Program-made: the position numbers and the translations under genes
Shown here: one piece after another, positions 30,887-31,401 of the stretch
Layout of the letters: each line of letters begins with the position of its first letter
How positions within the stretch are numbered: position 1 is the stretch's first letter
Notes under the pieces: generated by a model
The model's input: the letters and a program-made list of their open reading frames with translations, nothing else
Databases searched by the model: none
What the model was told of the DNA's origin: nothing
Assembly (NCBI GenBank): GCA_905178155.1
Contig: CAJINV010000037.1
Coordinates: 75,754 to 107,154, forward strand
DNA: 31,401 nt
Direction: 5' to 3'
Origin: Amoebophrya sp. A120
Lineage: Eukaryota > Protista > Dinoflagellata

Positions 30887-31040
30887 CTTCGCTGTTTGTC
30901 ATGCAGAATCCCCATTGAAGCGGGCTTTTGTCTTTGTCATGCAAAACACGCACGACCTTCGCTGTTTGTCATGCAGAGCTTGATCTGAAAACCTTCGCTG
31001 TTTGTCGTGCAGAACTTCCATTGATGAAGCAGGCTTTTGG
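30887..31040. repeat. CTTCGCTGTTTGTCRTGCAGA x3 direct repeats
   Basis: Copies at about 30887, 30957 and 30993. Confidence 0.75.
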
Positions 31041-31064
31041 CAGGAAGATAAATCACCTGCGAGT

Positions 31065-31401
31065 CAACTAATCCGCGGCACAACTTTTTGCCCACGGATC
31101 ACTTCGGATCAGTTGCATTTCCGTCCTGATACGACAGTTTTCTTGCAAGACCATGCAAAAAATCCCAGCAGCCCAAAAACAACTGATCCGCGGCCTCAAC
31201 CTCGCTAGTCCGGGTGGGATTCCGAAGCCTTGCAACTGAGGCCCAACTGATCCGCGACGCCATTTTTTGTCCGCGGATCAGTTCGGATCAGTTGCAGATC
31301 CGTCCTGATACGGCGGTTATATTGTAAGATCATGCAAAAAATCCCAGCAGCCCGAAAACAACTGATCCTGGGCCCCAACCTCGGTAGCCCCGATGGTATT
31401 C
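31065..31401. repeat. 179-bp tandem repeat (nearly 2 copies, runs off the window)
   Basis: Units start at 31065 and 31244. Internal CAACTGATCCG / CGGATCAGTTG inverted motifs. Confidence 0.85.

Overview
Eukaryotic, standard-code protist DNA. It most resembles the syndinian dinoflagellate parasite Amoebophrya, which is an inference from the intron architecture and a divergent histone. About 22 kb (23511 to about 1715, minus strand) is one giant gene encoding a secreted-type protein of about 4,500 aa, rich in Ser/Thr/Asn and N-glycosylation sequons, with Ca-binding EGF repeats near the C-terminus. It probably continues beyond the left edge. This gene and a divergent histone H4 gene (29091-28081, minus) are interrupted by MITE-like elements that act as non-canonical introns (introners). 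I mapped 19 such elements in at least 7 TIR families. Nearly all run 5'-TAT...ATA-3' between 5-bp target duplications, and two families occur in both orientations within one gene. At all 14 junctions I could test, removing the element plus one duplication restores the reading frame, and none gives GT-AG ends. Other highlights: (1) a perfect 40-bp coding repeat occurs four times, with a different 0.86-1.2 kb insert between each pair of copies; (2) one of those inserts carries an antisense, intronless, SET-domain-like ORF; (3) a retro-type insert with a 16-bp TSD is nested in one introner; (4) there is a G-quadruplex-type 11-mer array at an assembly gap; (5) 120-bp and 179-bp satellites lie at the window ends. 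All coordinates and frames were worked out by hand, and no RNA data were available.
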